This document shows positions 28,909 through 40,755 of a stretch of 64,000 nucleotides of DNA, piece after piece. A program made the position numbers and the translations under genes. Position 1 is the stretch's first letter. Each line of letters opens with the position of its first letter. Source of the DNA: the human T2T-CHM13v2.0 reference genome, Homo sapiens; NCBI RefSeq assembly GCF_009914755.1, contig NC_060929.1; one strand, written 5' to 3'. A model generated the notes under the pieces. The model saw only the letters and a list, made by a program, of their open reading frames with translations. It did not search any database and was not told the origin of the DNA.

Positions 28909-31591
28909 GGATGCCTTTTAATTCTTTCTCTTACTTTATTGGTCTGCAAGGACTTCCAAACTGTTGAATGTAAGTGGTGAGAGTGAGCATGCTTGTCTTG
29001 TACTAGATTCTAGAGGAAAGGGTTCCAGTTTTTCACCATTGAGTATAATGTTAGCCATGAGTTTCTTACATATCATCTTTACTGTGTTGAATTACTGTTA
29101 TTCCATAGCTAATTTGTTGAGTGTTTTTATCATGAAAGAACATCATGAAAAATCTTGTCAAATGACTCCTTCATCTGATGACATGATTATATAATTTTCT
29201 GTCCCTCATTCTGTTAATGTAGTCTATCACATTTATTGGTTTGTGAGTGTTGAATCATCCTTACATCCCAGGAATAAGTCTCACTTGATCATGGTGTGTG
29301 ATCCTTTTAATGTGTAGTTGAATTTTGTTTGCTGCTATTGTGATGAGGACTTTTGCACTGATGTTAATCAAAAATATTTTCTGGTAGCTTTCTTTTCTTA
29401 TGATGTCTTTGTCTGGCTTTGGTATCAGAACCATGCTAGCCTCATAAATAGGTCTGAAAATATTCCTTCCTCTAATTTTTTGTAAAAGTTTGTGGAGAAT
29501 TGACATTAGTTATTCTTTAAACGTTTGGTTAAATTCAGCAGTGAAGCAATCAGGTCTTAGGCTTTTTTTTTTTTTAAATGGGAGACTATGGATTACTGAC
29601 TTAATCTCTTAACTCATTATTGGTTTATTCAGATTTCCTATTTCTTTATGATTCAGTGTTTGGAGGTTGTATGTGTCTAGGAATTTAACCATTTCTTCTC
29701 AGTTATCTAATTTTTTGGCATATAATTGTTCTTTTGATCCTTTGTATTTTTGTAGTATCAGTCATAATATCTCCTCTTTCATTTCTGGTTTTGTTTATTT
29801 GAATCTTTTCTCTTTTTCTCTTGGTTAGTCTAGCCAAAGGTTTGTAAATTATGTCTTCTCAAAAAAAAAAAAGCCCCAACTTCTATTTGTGTTGATCTTT
29901 TGTATTGTATTTCTAACTTCTATTTTATTTATTTCTGCTCTGATATGTATTATTTCTTTCCTTTACATAACATTGAGATTACTTTGTTCTTCTTTTTCTA
30001 TTTCCTTGGGGCACAACATTGTTGTTTTTTTGCTACCTTTCTTCTTTTATGATGTAGGCATTTATTGCTATGAAGTTTCCTCTTACAACTGCTTTTGCTG
30101 CATCCCATACATTTTTATATGTTGTGTCTCTATTTTTGTTTGTCTCAAGATGTTCTTAAATTTCTCTTTTAATTTCTTTGTTGATTCATTGGTTTTTCAG
30201 GAACATGTTGTTTCATTTCATATATTAATGAGTTTTCCTAGATTCCTTCTGTTATTAATTTCTTCTTTTATTGCGATCGGAAAGATACTTGATATGGTTT
30301 TAATCTTAAATTTGCTAAGACTTGTCTTGTGGCCTAACATATTACCTATCCTGGAGAGTGTTCTATGTGCACTTGAGAAAAATGTGTATTCTGTTGCTGT
30401 TGGATGGAATGTTCTGTATATGCCTGTTAGGTCATTTATTCTAAAGTGTTGTTCAAGTCCAATGTTTCCACATGTCCATTATGAAAAGTGTTGTATTGAA
30501 GTCTCATATTATTACTGTATTGCAATCTATATCTCTCTAAATAGTCTTAATATTTGTTTTATATATTTAGGTGTTCCACTGTTGGGTGCATATGCATATA
30601 TATATTTATAATTGTTTAATCTTCTTGATGAAATCACCAGTTTATCATCACATAATATCCTTCTTTGTCTCTTTTTAGTTTTTAACTTAAAGTTTATTTT
30701 GTCTGACATAAGTATTGATATTCCTAGAAAACAAAAATTCTTTTTTTTTCTGTTTGCATGAAATATTTTTCCATCCCTCCACTTTCATCTAAGTATGTCC
30801 TTAAAAGTGAAGTGAATTTCTTATAGGCAGCATATAATTGGGTCTTGGTTTTGTTTATCCATTTATTCACTCTATGTCTTTTTATTGGATAATTTAATCC
30901 ATTTACATTCAGGTAATTATTTATAGGTAAGGACTTATTATTACTGCAATTTTGTTAATTGTTTTCTGGTTGTTTTGTAGATACTTTGTTTCTTTTTTTC
31001 TCTCTTGCTGTCTTTCTTTGTGGCTTGATGGTTTTCTGTAGTAATATGTTTTGAATCTTTTTTTATTTTTGTTTTGTTTGTCTCCTACAGATTTTTGCTT
31101 TCTGGTTACCATGAGGCTTACACACAACATCTTATAACAGTTTATTTCAAGATGATAACAACTCAAATTTGATTGCACACAACAACCTTACACTTTTACT
31201 CTCCCATTGCTCCATTTTATGTTTTGGATGTCTGAATTTACAGCTAGATGAATTTTAAAGTTAATTTTCTCTACAGGCTCTCCTTTTATGAGTACCTGGT
31301 GTAAACTTAGTGCCAGATGTCCTCTAAGATACCTCAGATTTCACAGTAGAAAATTAGTCTAAGGGTTACCCCTGTGTTGTATTTCTTGAGACCCCCTGAT
31401 TTTTTTCCTTCCCCTTTGACAAACATTTTATTGACTCAAATTAGCTATTCCTGAAAGAAGCACTCCCCTGTCTATTTAGGGAACACCTCAGGAATTTTAC
31501 ATCCCAACACCAAGGCTGTCAAAACAAGGAAGATAAGAAATGTGTTTTTGAGAGGTAAGGCTGACTGCCCTGGTGAATTAGTCTTGGTTTT

Positions 31592-31638
31592 GTGGTTTGA
31601 AACTACTTAGTGTTAGTAGTTTGAAACTATTTAGTGTT
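31592..31638. repeat. 24-bp-period tandem duplication
   Basis: gtggtttgaaactacttagtgtt(a) followed by gtagtttgaaactatttagtgtt, 21/23. Confidence 0.85.
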
Positions 31639-32183
31639 CTAAATAAGAAAGCAAAAACAGCTGGTGCAGACACAAACTAGTAAAAGCAATCTTTCCATAT
31701 TTTCCCTTTGTAGTATTCAGAATTACTTCATAAAATGAAAAAGTGCTCAAAAACATAGTTACTTGCCTACATTGTGCTAATATGCCTAAGTGTTCTCTTT
31801 TTACTAGTTTAATCTACATTAGCTATAAGTTCAATCAGAGTTCCTCATCTAAACCATAAAACATAGAAAATAACTTAAGTGACCTTTTCCTCAGTTTTCT
31901 CAAAGATGGTACATAACTAGGACCTCTCTAGCTTCAGAGACGAGACATTTGTTCATTACATACTATGGATGTTGTAGTTATTAGGGCTTAATTCTCTCAA
32001 AACTGGCTGAAAATGGTTGATTGATGTTCAAGTCTACCACTGGATATATAGGATATAAATTATTGCCAACAAAAGGATAAAGATCAAAAGCCTTCAGTAG
32101 TGAAAATGGTCAAACCATAATCAAACAAAAAATCAAGATACTGCTTTCTTCAACTCAAGTTTTTTTCTGTCTTAGACATAAAA

Positions 32184-32845
32184 GTTTATTTTGTTTTAAG
32201 ATATAATTTATATACAATAAAATTCACTGTGTTTATGTGTACAATTCAATGAATTTTGGCAAATTTATACAGTCAGGTAACAATCACCAAAATCAAGATA
32301 TAGATTTATTTCCTCATGACCCTTTGTAGGAGTCAATCTGCCTCCTCCACTTCCAGACACTGGCAACCACTGATCAGATTTGTGTCTCATAGTTTTTTTC
32401 TTTTCCAAATATCATATAAATTGAATCATTCAATATGTATTCTTCTGAGTCTGGCTTCTTCCACTTAGCATAATGCTTCTTAGATTCATCCATGCTGTTG
32501 TGTGTATCAGTAGTTCTTTTTATTGCTATATAGATATAACAATTTATTCACCAGTTGATAGACATTTTGGGTTGTTTCCAACTTTAAGCATTTATGAATA
32601 AGATTACTTAAACATCCATATGCAGGTTTTTATGTGGACATAGGCTTTTAGTTCTCCAGGGTAAATACCTTCATGTAACCTTCACTTTATAAACTGCCAA
32701 ACATTTTCCCAATGTGGAAATCCCACCAGCAATATATAAACATTCAAGTTGGTTTGCATTCTCTTCAGCATTTGGCACTGTCAGATTTTTTTTTTAATTT
32801 TGAGCCATTCCAATAGGTGTGTCATGATACCTCATTTTGTCTTTC
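32184..32845 (-). mobile_element. L1MB/L1ME 3' fragment
   Basis: aagatataatttatatacaataaaattcact...ctggcaaccactgatc...tctggcttcttccacttagcataatg...cccaccagcaatatat. Confidence 0.85.
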
Positions 32846-33479
32846 AAGTTTTAATAATTAGGTTTATAAAATCAGTTATGAAAAACATCAAATAATTGAA
32901 GGTGTATCAGACATCAAAAAGATGTTTCTGCTGTTTTGTTATCATTGAGTCTTGGCTCTTCACCATGTTTTCCTGTCCATTTTGGACCACTGAACTATCA
33001 TTAATCCTAAATTACAAGTATGCAGTACCCAAATATACATGGCTTCTGTATGCACAGGAACCTGCTTTGTAGCTTGTTTGGGACCTTGCTATCATAGGAT
33101 TTCTAATGGAATTGTTAGAAGAGTTTTTGCTCATTTCTTCACACAGTGGGTCAGAGAAATATTTTGCTGATTATCTCTAAAACTGAAAACTTGTAAATTA
33201 TTTTCTGTAATTTTCCAAGCCAGTCTCATGTAGAAAATTGACTTTTGCCATAGTGAGAGGAGAATTAAAGTTGTGGGAGCTACAGCACCAATTTTCTTTT
33301 CATCCTTGCTGAAGTTGGGCATCTTTCCTGTTGCCTTTATTTTGATTATTTGTTGGGCCTTGTGATCACTTGCTTTTGTTAGGCTTCCTCTTGCTGTTGC
33401 TAAATGTTGGGATGAATTAGGAACCTCATCCTTTCTATGTATTTGTAGCATAGGTGAAGCTGAGCAAATGGGGCTCCAG

Positions 33480-33870
33480 TGCCTCTTCTCCAGCTTTGAC
33501 TAGACCAAGAGCCTTCTCTGCTACACAAACATGGCAGGATCCTTCATGACTGTTCATTTGTACAAGTTTGTTTATTTGTTTTTGTTTTCTGCTGAGAATG
33601 ACTTTGGCTTCCTTTTCTGCCTGGGTAATTCTTACTTGTTCTTCAAGATCAGACCAAATATTACCTCCTTTATGATGTCAAATTCCCTAAGCCTTTTAAG
33701 TCATACCTGCTGAACCCTTTTCTTGTTTTAAGTCCTATTACGTTGCTCTGTGATAACCTGTTCACATTTCTGTATCCTTCCTAGACGCTGAACTCCTCCC
33801 AGTCAAGAAGCACATGCTGATCGTTACTGACTTAACATAAAGTACACACTCAATAAATACTTTTGACTGA
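33480..33870 (+). mobile_element. L2 3' fragment
   Basis: taattcttacttgttcttcaagatcag...ctagacgctgaactcct...ctcaataaatacttttgactga. Confidence 0.6.
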
Positions 33871-34206
33871 CCCTTTAAATTTGCAATATAGCTACATTTA
33901 AATGCAGAGGTTTTCTTTAACTTCAAAAAGGAATGATAGAAGCATTTGCTAAACAAGAAAGTTTATTTAGTAGAAGCCATTTATATATTAATATATTTAG
34001 GCAAAGTGGTGATCATAAGATTTGATTGATCTCAGGACTGGATTCCTCTCACCCTCACGCAATCAGTGTGATTATAAACCACATGTTATGGGAAAGAAAA
34101 GTCAAAGAATTAAAATAATTCTGTGACTCTTGTCTCCATTGTTAAACTGTGATATGGGTATAAGTAATTGCTTTAATCATGTCAGCAAAATATTAGGACT
34201 GTGGGA

Positions 34207-34334
34207 TTAAACAATTGTTTAGTATAAGTATGTCCCATGCAATATTTGAGACATTCTTATAATAATAAAAACGTTTGTTGTTTATCTGAAGTTCAAGTTT
34301 AACTACATACACCTTCTTTTATATGACAACCGTA
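34207..34334. mobile_element. MER53 palindromic MITE (partial)
   Basis: tttagtataagtatgtcccatgcaatatttgagacattcttata...ttgttgtttatctgaagttcaagtttaact...gacaaccgta matches the MER53 centre and one arm. Confidence 0.85.
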
Positions 34335-34605
34335 GCCAAAGGGAAACCTCTGCACTTCACAGAGTGGAAGGACTGATAGGGAATACAGACAGTGCTCTTG
34401 GAAGCCAGTTCAGAAATGTATAGTGAACAATGTGAGGCCATGATTCCTTAGACTGGTCAGTATATGTCAACTCAGCAGCATGATCATCTTTGCCAGGGTA
34501 GAGAGCAAGACCAGAAACTGAGATCAGAAAGAGAAGTGGGAGTGGTGAAGTCACTGACCATATGGTCATTTGGGTCAAAGATGGCACCATTTAAAGGTCT
34601 GTAAC

Positions 34606-35154
34606 TATGGTAGATTAAAGATAGCCACAAATTCTTTGCTACTATTTTTAGTAGAGGTCTATTGCCTTCCCTTTGAATGTGGATGGGCTCTGTAACTGCT
34701 TTGACCAATGGAATAATAGCAGAAGTGACACTGTGCCAGTTTTCTGAGCCCAGGCCCTAAATATCTGTAGGTTTTCACTTTCTGTTTCTTAGAACACTAT
34801 TTTTGAGATCTCTGAGCCTCCATATAAGAAGTCCAGCTTTCCTGAGATGGCCATGCTGGAGTAGTCACATGTAGGCACTTTGGGTTGACAGATCCAGCTG
34901 AGCCCAGACTTCCTGCTGTCACCATCAAGTGACATGAGAGAGAAGCTGTTGTGGACCATTCAGACCACCTAAGGGTTGAGTACCCCCAAGTGAACTCCTT
35001 CAAGCCACGCAGAGAAAAACAAAACCCACCCAGCTGAGCCTGAGCCTTCTCTGAATTTCTGACCCATGACATCTGGAGATATAATTAAATGCTTGTCTGT
35101 TTAAGCTGCCAATTTTTGTATGGCTTTGTAACATAGTAATAGGTAACCAGAATA
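34606..35154 (+). mobile_element. MLT1H/G-like solo LTR
   Basis: tatggtagattaaagatagccacaaattctttg...gcagaagtgacactgtgccagttt...tgtaacatagtaataggtaaccagaata. Confidence 0.85.
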
Positions 35155-36178
35155 GTGAATATAAACAGAAGTTTCCCTGACCACATGGTGACTTAAGAAA
35201 GAAGTACTTGCCATCATTTTAGTATGTAAACTTCTCCATTTGCTTGTTTGCCAAGAAAATCTTGCTTAGAAAGAAATCTTACCTAGAATGCAATATATAA
35301 TAGAGCTCAAAGTCAAGCTGCCTGAGCTGAAGCATAGCTAGGAGTCCAGAGTCACATCTTCTCTGTCCTCTTGTCCTAAACTCCCCAGATGCCAGGAGAT
35401 GTTCTGTAGCCCAGCTGAGAAAGATTGTGAGGTATGTCTGAGACCTAATCTAAGAGGCAGGGGAACCACAATAAGATGTGCAAACCTGGGACTAGATGCA
35501 GAGAATGTTACCATGGGAAGCACGGCAAAACTGTCAGCATCAGATAAAGCCCTGCTTAAATGTGCAGAGGAGATCAAAAAGTCAGGTTGAAAGCACCAAC
35601 AGCTGAACATGTTGTAACAAAGAAACTTTCTAAAGGTAGAGGGGAACCGTGAGAGAATGCAGCCAGAATCTGAGAACCCCCACAGAGAGTGTCATCAGGA
35701 ATCCCAAAGGATAATGATGCAAGAAGAGGACTCTGACCTAAGCCACCCAGGGCCAAAAGACTATACTAATTCCTTTGAGAGGAAAGATGAAATAAGACCA
35801 CACCTGGGTTATATATGCTGTAATTACTGATATTTATCTAACTTAATTGCCAAGTAAATCTGTTTCTAGTTTTACTCTGGCTCTTCTCAAATTAAGTCTT
35901 TTGTTTTCCGAATATTACACATAAGATCTCTGTGTAGATAATGTTGAATGGAATGTTGAACTGGGAATGGTTGGCCTTAAAAGATTATCTAGTTATGTTC
36001 TTGGTACCTAAAGAGAGACTAGGTTTGAGTGAGCAAGGCCTCTGTATAAAAGATACTAGTTAGATAACATACACCGAAGGAGATACTTGTCCAGCTTGAA
36101 CATTACCACACACATTTGACATTTCAGAAAACTACTGGTTTATTTAAAGCAAGTCACACGTACATTATAAAGGTGTCA

Positions 36179-36509
<331 letters not shown>

Positions 36510-37844
36510 TCATCCTATTTTAGAATGAAAACCTTAAAACCTAGCATATTTTGTTCTGTATATACTTGAAAAATAATTTTATCTGATGAATATGTATGAT
36601 GATCATAATAATTATTTAGTCATATTACATGAACCCTTCTTCCAAGGAAGTGCAAAGCTTTTAAACAAGCCACTTCTAAAAACTGTCACATCCTATTGCA
36701 TGCAGCAACAATCAGAGAAGCCCTGACTTGGCATTTTAGTATATTAATAGGCTGAGTGAATTCCTAGCTTAACTGAGGTGGGCCCCTTGGAGGATCTTAT
36801 GGGTGTTTTTTTAGGAAACAAACCAAACATATAAAGGTTTGGTAACATCTGCACCCTGATATTATTCTCAATATGCATCCACAGACTACAAAGCTAAAGC
36901 TCCTTCAGAGCCAATAATGCTGCATCCTGGAAAGCAGATCAGCAAATAGCTCAAATTTATTCCCAATCCATAATGCTGACCACACAACAACAGAAAAACA
37001 GCTATGATAATGCTATCATGGCGTGGTCAGTTGTTGTAACAATAGCTCAATGGCTTGATAGCCTGAGCAGTAAAATATCTAGGCATCTGAACTTAAAAAA
37101 AAATCACAGCAATTTGTAGTGAGAGCAGCAAAAACATATTTGTAACCATAAGACGCTGATTCATTTTCTTGCCTGTTAACCTTCCTACTGGAGCAATTGC
37201 TCCCCTGGCTGGATTGCTGGATGATGAAGTGATCAATTTCTGGACACCCAGCAAGTTGCTATGTATTTGAAACTCTCCAGTGCTGGAGTAGGCAATTATT
37301 TTCACTTCCAGCTCAGCCTGGTATGTTTAACCGAACTCAAAGAACCTTCTATGGGAAGTGAATGCTTTTTGCCGATGTATTGGCACACACATTTCAGAGA
37401 TAATGGTGATAGCTCCACAAGTTTTCAGGAACTGTGTTTCTGGACTGATTAATTTTATTCTTGCTCCCACAGCTTTTGGTTCCAGAGGGCCATAGTCTTC
37501 ATATACTTCAGCACTCCATGAAGGCTTTCTTGGTACTGTTCAAAGTAAGATATAACAAGTTGCTGTGTTGCATACATCTTTACACCTTCATTGCTTGTTC
37601 TCCCAGGCATGCTATCATACCCAAGGCCACATGGTGAGATGGAAAGACACTGCATCTGAAGTCAAGGGACCAAGGTTTCAAATTCTCAATGTCCCCCTTG
37701 CATGATGGGCAACTGACATATCACTCCGCACTTTGCTTGTTGATTTCTTCATTGAGTGACAGTAAAATGGTTGAGTCTGTTCCCAGCTGTCAGACTGCCA
37801 GGAATATCTAGTAGTTTGGTTTCCTCTTCTGGAAAATGACATTA

Positions 37845-38500
37845 GTAGTTAATGCTACAGTGTTTACTTTGTGCCAGGCCATTTCCTAAGTACTTTACAT
37901 ATATATTTACTCTTTTAAGTCTCATGACAACCCTATGAGGTAGTGTGTTAGTACATTTTGCATTGCTATAAAGGAATACCTAAGACTGGGTAATTTATAA
38001 AGAAAAGACATTTATTTGGCTCATGGTTCTGCAGGCTGTAGAAGCATGGCACCAGCATCTGTTTGACTTCTTATGAGGCCTCAGGAAGCTTATAATTATG
38101 GCAGAAGGTGAAGGGGAAGCAGGCATGTCACATGGCAAGAGAGGGAGCAAGAGAGATGCCAGGCTCTGTTAAACAACTAACTCTCATGTGAACTAACAGA
38201 GTGAGAAATCACTCATTACTTCAAGAACAGCACCAAGACATTCACAAGGAATCTGCCTCCGTGACCAAAACACCTCCCACCAAGCTCCATCTGCAACATT
38301 GGGGATCACATTTCAACATGAGACTGGGAGGGGATGCACATCCAAACCATATCAGGTAAATGCTATTATTCTCATTTTGCAGATGATGAAAATGAAACAC
38401 AGAAAAATAAACTTGTCCAAGCTTGTACAGTTGATAAGAAACAACTTTGAACCCAGGGATTTGAACCCAGGCAATCTGCTCCATAATCTATGCTACACTA
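37845..38500 (-). mobile_element. MIR split by MSTB LTR
   Basis: tttactttgtgccaggc...ctcatgacaaccctatgaggtag | ggtaaatgctattattctcattttgcagatgatgaaaatgaaacacaga...gatttgaacccaggca. Confidence 0.85.
37944..38354 (-). mobile_element. MSTB solo LTR
   Basis: tgtgttagtacattttgcattgctataaaggaatacc...catccaaaccatatca. TSD GGTAG/GGTAA. Confidence 0.92.
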
Positions 38501-38911
38501 CCTTCCCCATGGGTTGTTATATAGGTTAGTTGTGCTATCAATGAAATGTGAATAGTAAGACCAATCCTACAGACTTCACAGGCGTGCTCTGTGTATCACA
38601 GTCACAATAGATGTGAAAACAATGTGAGATGAGCTGAAAGTGCTTTAGAAACCATAATGTATTGTTACCTTCTCTTCAAAGTTACCAGTAAGCAACCTCA
38701 CTTTTGGGTTCTAGAACTTCCAGATGATATTAGGTGATAGAAAACGGAATCACTATTTAGTTATTTGAGAAAGTCCATGCCAGGTGCTCTAAAGTGAGTG
38801 TCTGCTGTCCAAGTCAGGTGTCTGAACCTAGAAAAAGGCCAGATAAAATTTCCATCAATGAGCAGTGAGAAGTCCAGGGCCAGCCGGGTGGTTTTTAATT
38901 AATGATACCAG

Positions 38912-39036
38912 TGAGGAGCCTAGTTAGATATGAAGAGGTGTCAACACCTTTCCTCACTACTAGGCATAGCAAAGATCCCAAAAGGAAGTAGTGAGGAAAG
39001 GTGTTGACACCCCTTCATATCTAACCAGGCTCCTCA
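38912..39036. repeat. Long inverted repeat: 50-bp arms (38912-38961, 38987-39036), 48/50, 25-nt spacer
   Basis: Left arm TGAGGAGCCTAGTTAGATATGAAGAGGTGTCAACACCTTTCCTCACTACT; right arm AGTAGTGAGGAAAGGTGTTGACACCCCTTCATATCTAACCAGGCTCCTCA. Confidence 0.97.
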
Positions 39037-39195
39037 TAGCAGAGATCTGTTGAATCCCTGTGTCGCCCTGCTGAAAAACAAATGTTTCTGGAGCCTTCAC
39101 ATTTCATGCCCTGGTGAAACATGAGGGCTCTGCAGTAACTACTCCTCCTAAGAAAGTTACAGCATTCAAAGCAGCTGAGACTGACAGCTCATTAA

Positions 39196-39537
<342 letters not shown>

Positions 39538-40135
39538 GGCTTTTGCTTGATTTCCTCTGAGCAGCACTGGGGCTCCTGGATTAAATCTGACTTAAAGGAA
39601 GAGAAAATCAAGTTGGCATTAACATAAACAAAACCTGAATATAGGCTAAATTCAAGATTGAATAAGAAAAACACATTTAACTTGCTGCTCCTCATCACTC
39701 ACTGCATGTTTTTCCTAGTTGTACAACTAGACAGTCCCTTGCCCCTGAAAAACTATTTAACCTCATAGAATTGCAGAATAGTTCAAGTGGCCATGTTTCC
39801 TTTGAACAATTTCTCTTGCAGGCTAGGGGGATGCAGTTGGGTGTCTGCCATCTAAGACTTAAAACAGAGGTGGCACACCAGCAGCCTGCAGTCTGAATCT
39901 GATAGTCCCCCTTCCCCCAGAAATTTAATATGTTAAAATAATTGGTGAGTCGTCGCCATGATTCAGAAGTCAGATGAGTTCCTACAAAATCTAGATTGAT
40001 GACAGGAGGAAATGGAGGATTGCAGCAGCAGGTCCTCATCCTTACATGGGCACAGCCTGGTAAAGGTGAGAGTGCTTATCTCTCCAGGTTACCTACCTGT
40101 TTCATCACTCAGCTATCTGCCTAGCCATTATATTC

Positions 40136-40385
40136 ATAGAGCTCCACCTCGGCCCTAGTGACATTTGGGACCAGATAATTTTTTGTGGTGGAGACTGTCC
40201 TGTGCGTTATAGGATGTTTAAAAGCAGCCCTGGCCTCCACTTTCTAGATGCCAGTAACATCCTCCCACTCCTCAGCCTCTTACACCCCAACCCCACTCCA
40301 ACTGTGACAACCAAAAATGTCTCCAGACATTGACTGGTGTCTCCTGCCTGAGGCAGTGAGAATGGCTTCTGGTTGATAACCACTT
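40136..40385. mobile_element. MER20 hAT-Charlie element
   Basis: tgacatttgggaccagataatttttgtgg...ctagatgccagtaacat...gtgacaaccaaaaatgtctccagacattg...ggttgataaccact. Confidence 0.9.
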
Positions 40386-40609
40386 TGTTAGAGCCTGCAA
40401 ACTCATAAAACAGTATTGCATATTCTGACACATTAATACTGCTGCCTTCTTAGGCTCAAAGTGTCATAGTGATGAATAATTGGCAAAGTGTGTCTGGATG
40501 GTTGTCTTGAAATTTCTGACCAGACTGGAATGTTCTTTTCTTCTAAAAGAGCATTCTTATAATCATGGTCCAAGATTATTGGGCCATTAATTGGCTCTTG
40601 AAGGAATTT

Positions 40610-40755
40610 TACAAGTCACCAGTGTCCTCATTTTATAGGTAAGAAAACTGAGTCCCAAGGAGGCAAATTGCCCAAGATCACATAACTGGCTAGTGACAGA
40701 GCTTGAACTGGAAGCTAGATTTGAATTCTTAGCTTGTTACTCTTTCCACATTATA
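40610..40755 (-). mobile_element. MIR
   Basis: cctcattttataggtaagaaaactgagtcccaagg...ttgcccaagatcacataactggctagtgacagagc. Confidence 0.8.

Larger units (their letters stand above)
18762..31242 (-). mobile_element. Old 5'-truncated L1 (L1MA-type) in three pieces: 18762-19987, 22358-22464, 28907-31242
   Basis: L1MA-like 3' end (gtggaatgattaaatcaagctaattaacatatccatcacctc). Degenerate ORF2 peptides (IKLDPDLTIYKINSKWIKDLN; YEASMVLIPKPDKD; IYAYAPNSGTPKYIKQIL). Degenerate TSD GCTATGTGAATTTTA (18747-18761) vs GCTAGATGAATTTTA (31243-31257), 13/15. Confidence 0.85.

Noticed and set aside
29889-30611. 240-aa hydrophobic + strand ORF resembling a membrane protein
   Set aside because: It is the antisense reading of T-rich old L1 ORF2 sequence with a non-ATG start, a compositional artefact.
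35340-35920. Possible ancient LTR-like segment
   Set aside because: The composition is suggestive, but I could not identify termini or a family.
37190-37203. Perfect 14-bp palindrome GGAGCAATTGCTCC
   Set aside because: About 4 such palindromes (4^-7 x 64000) are expected by chance in the window.
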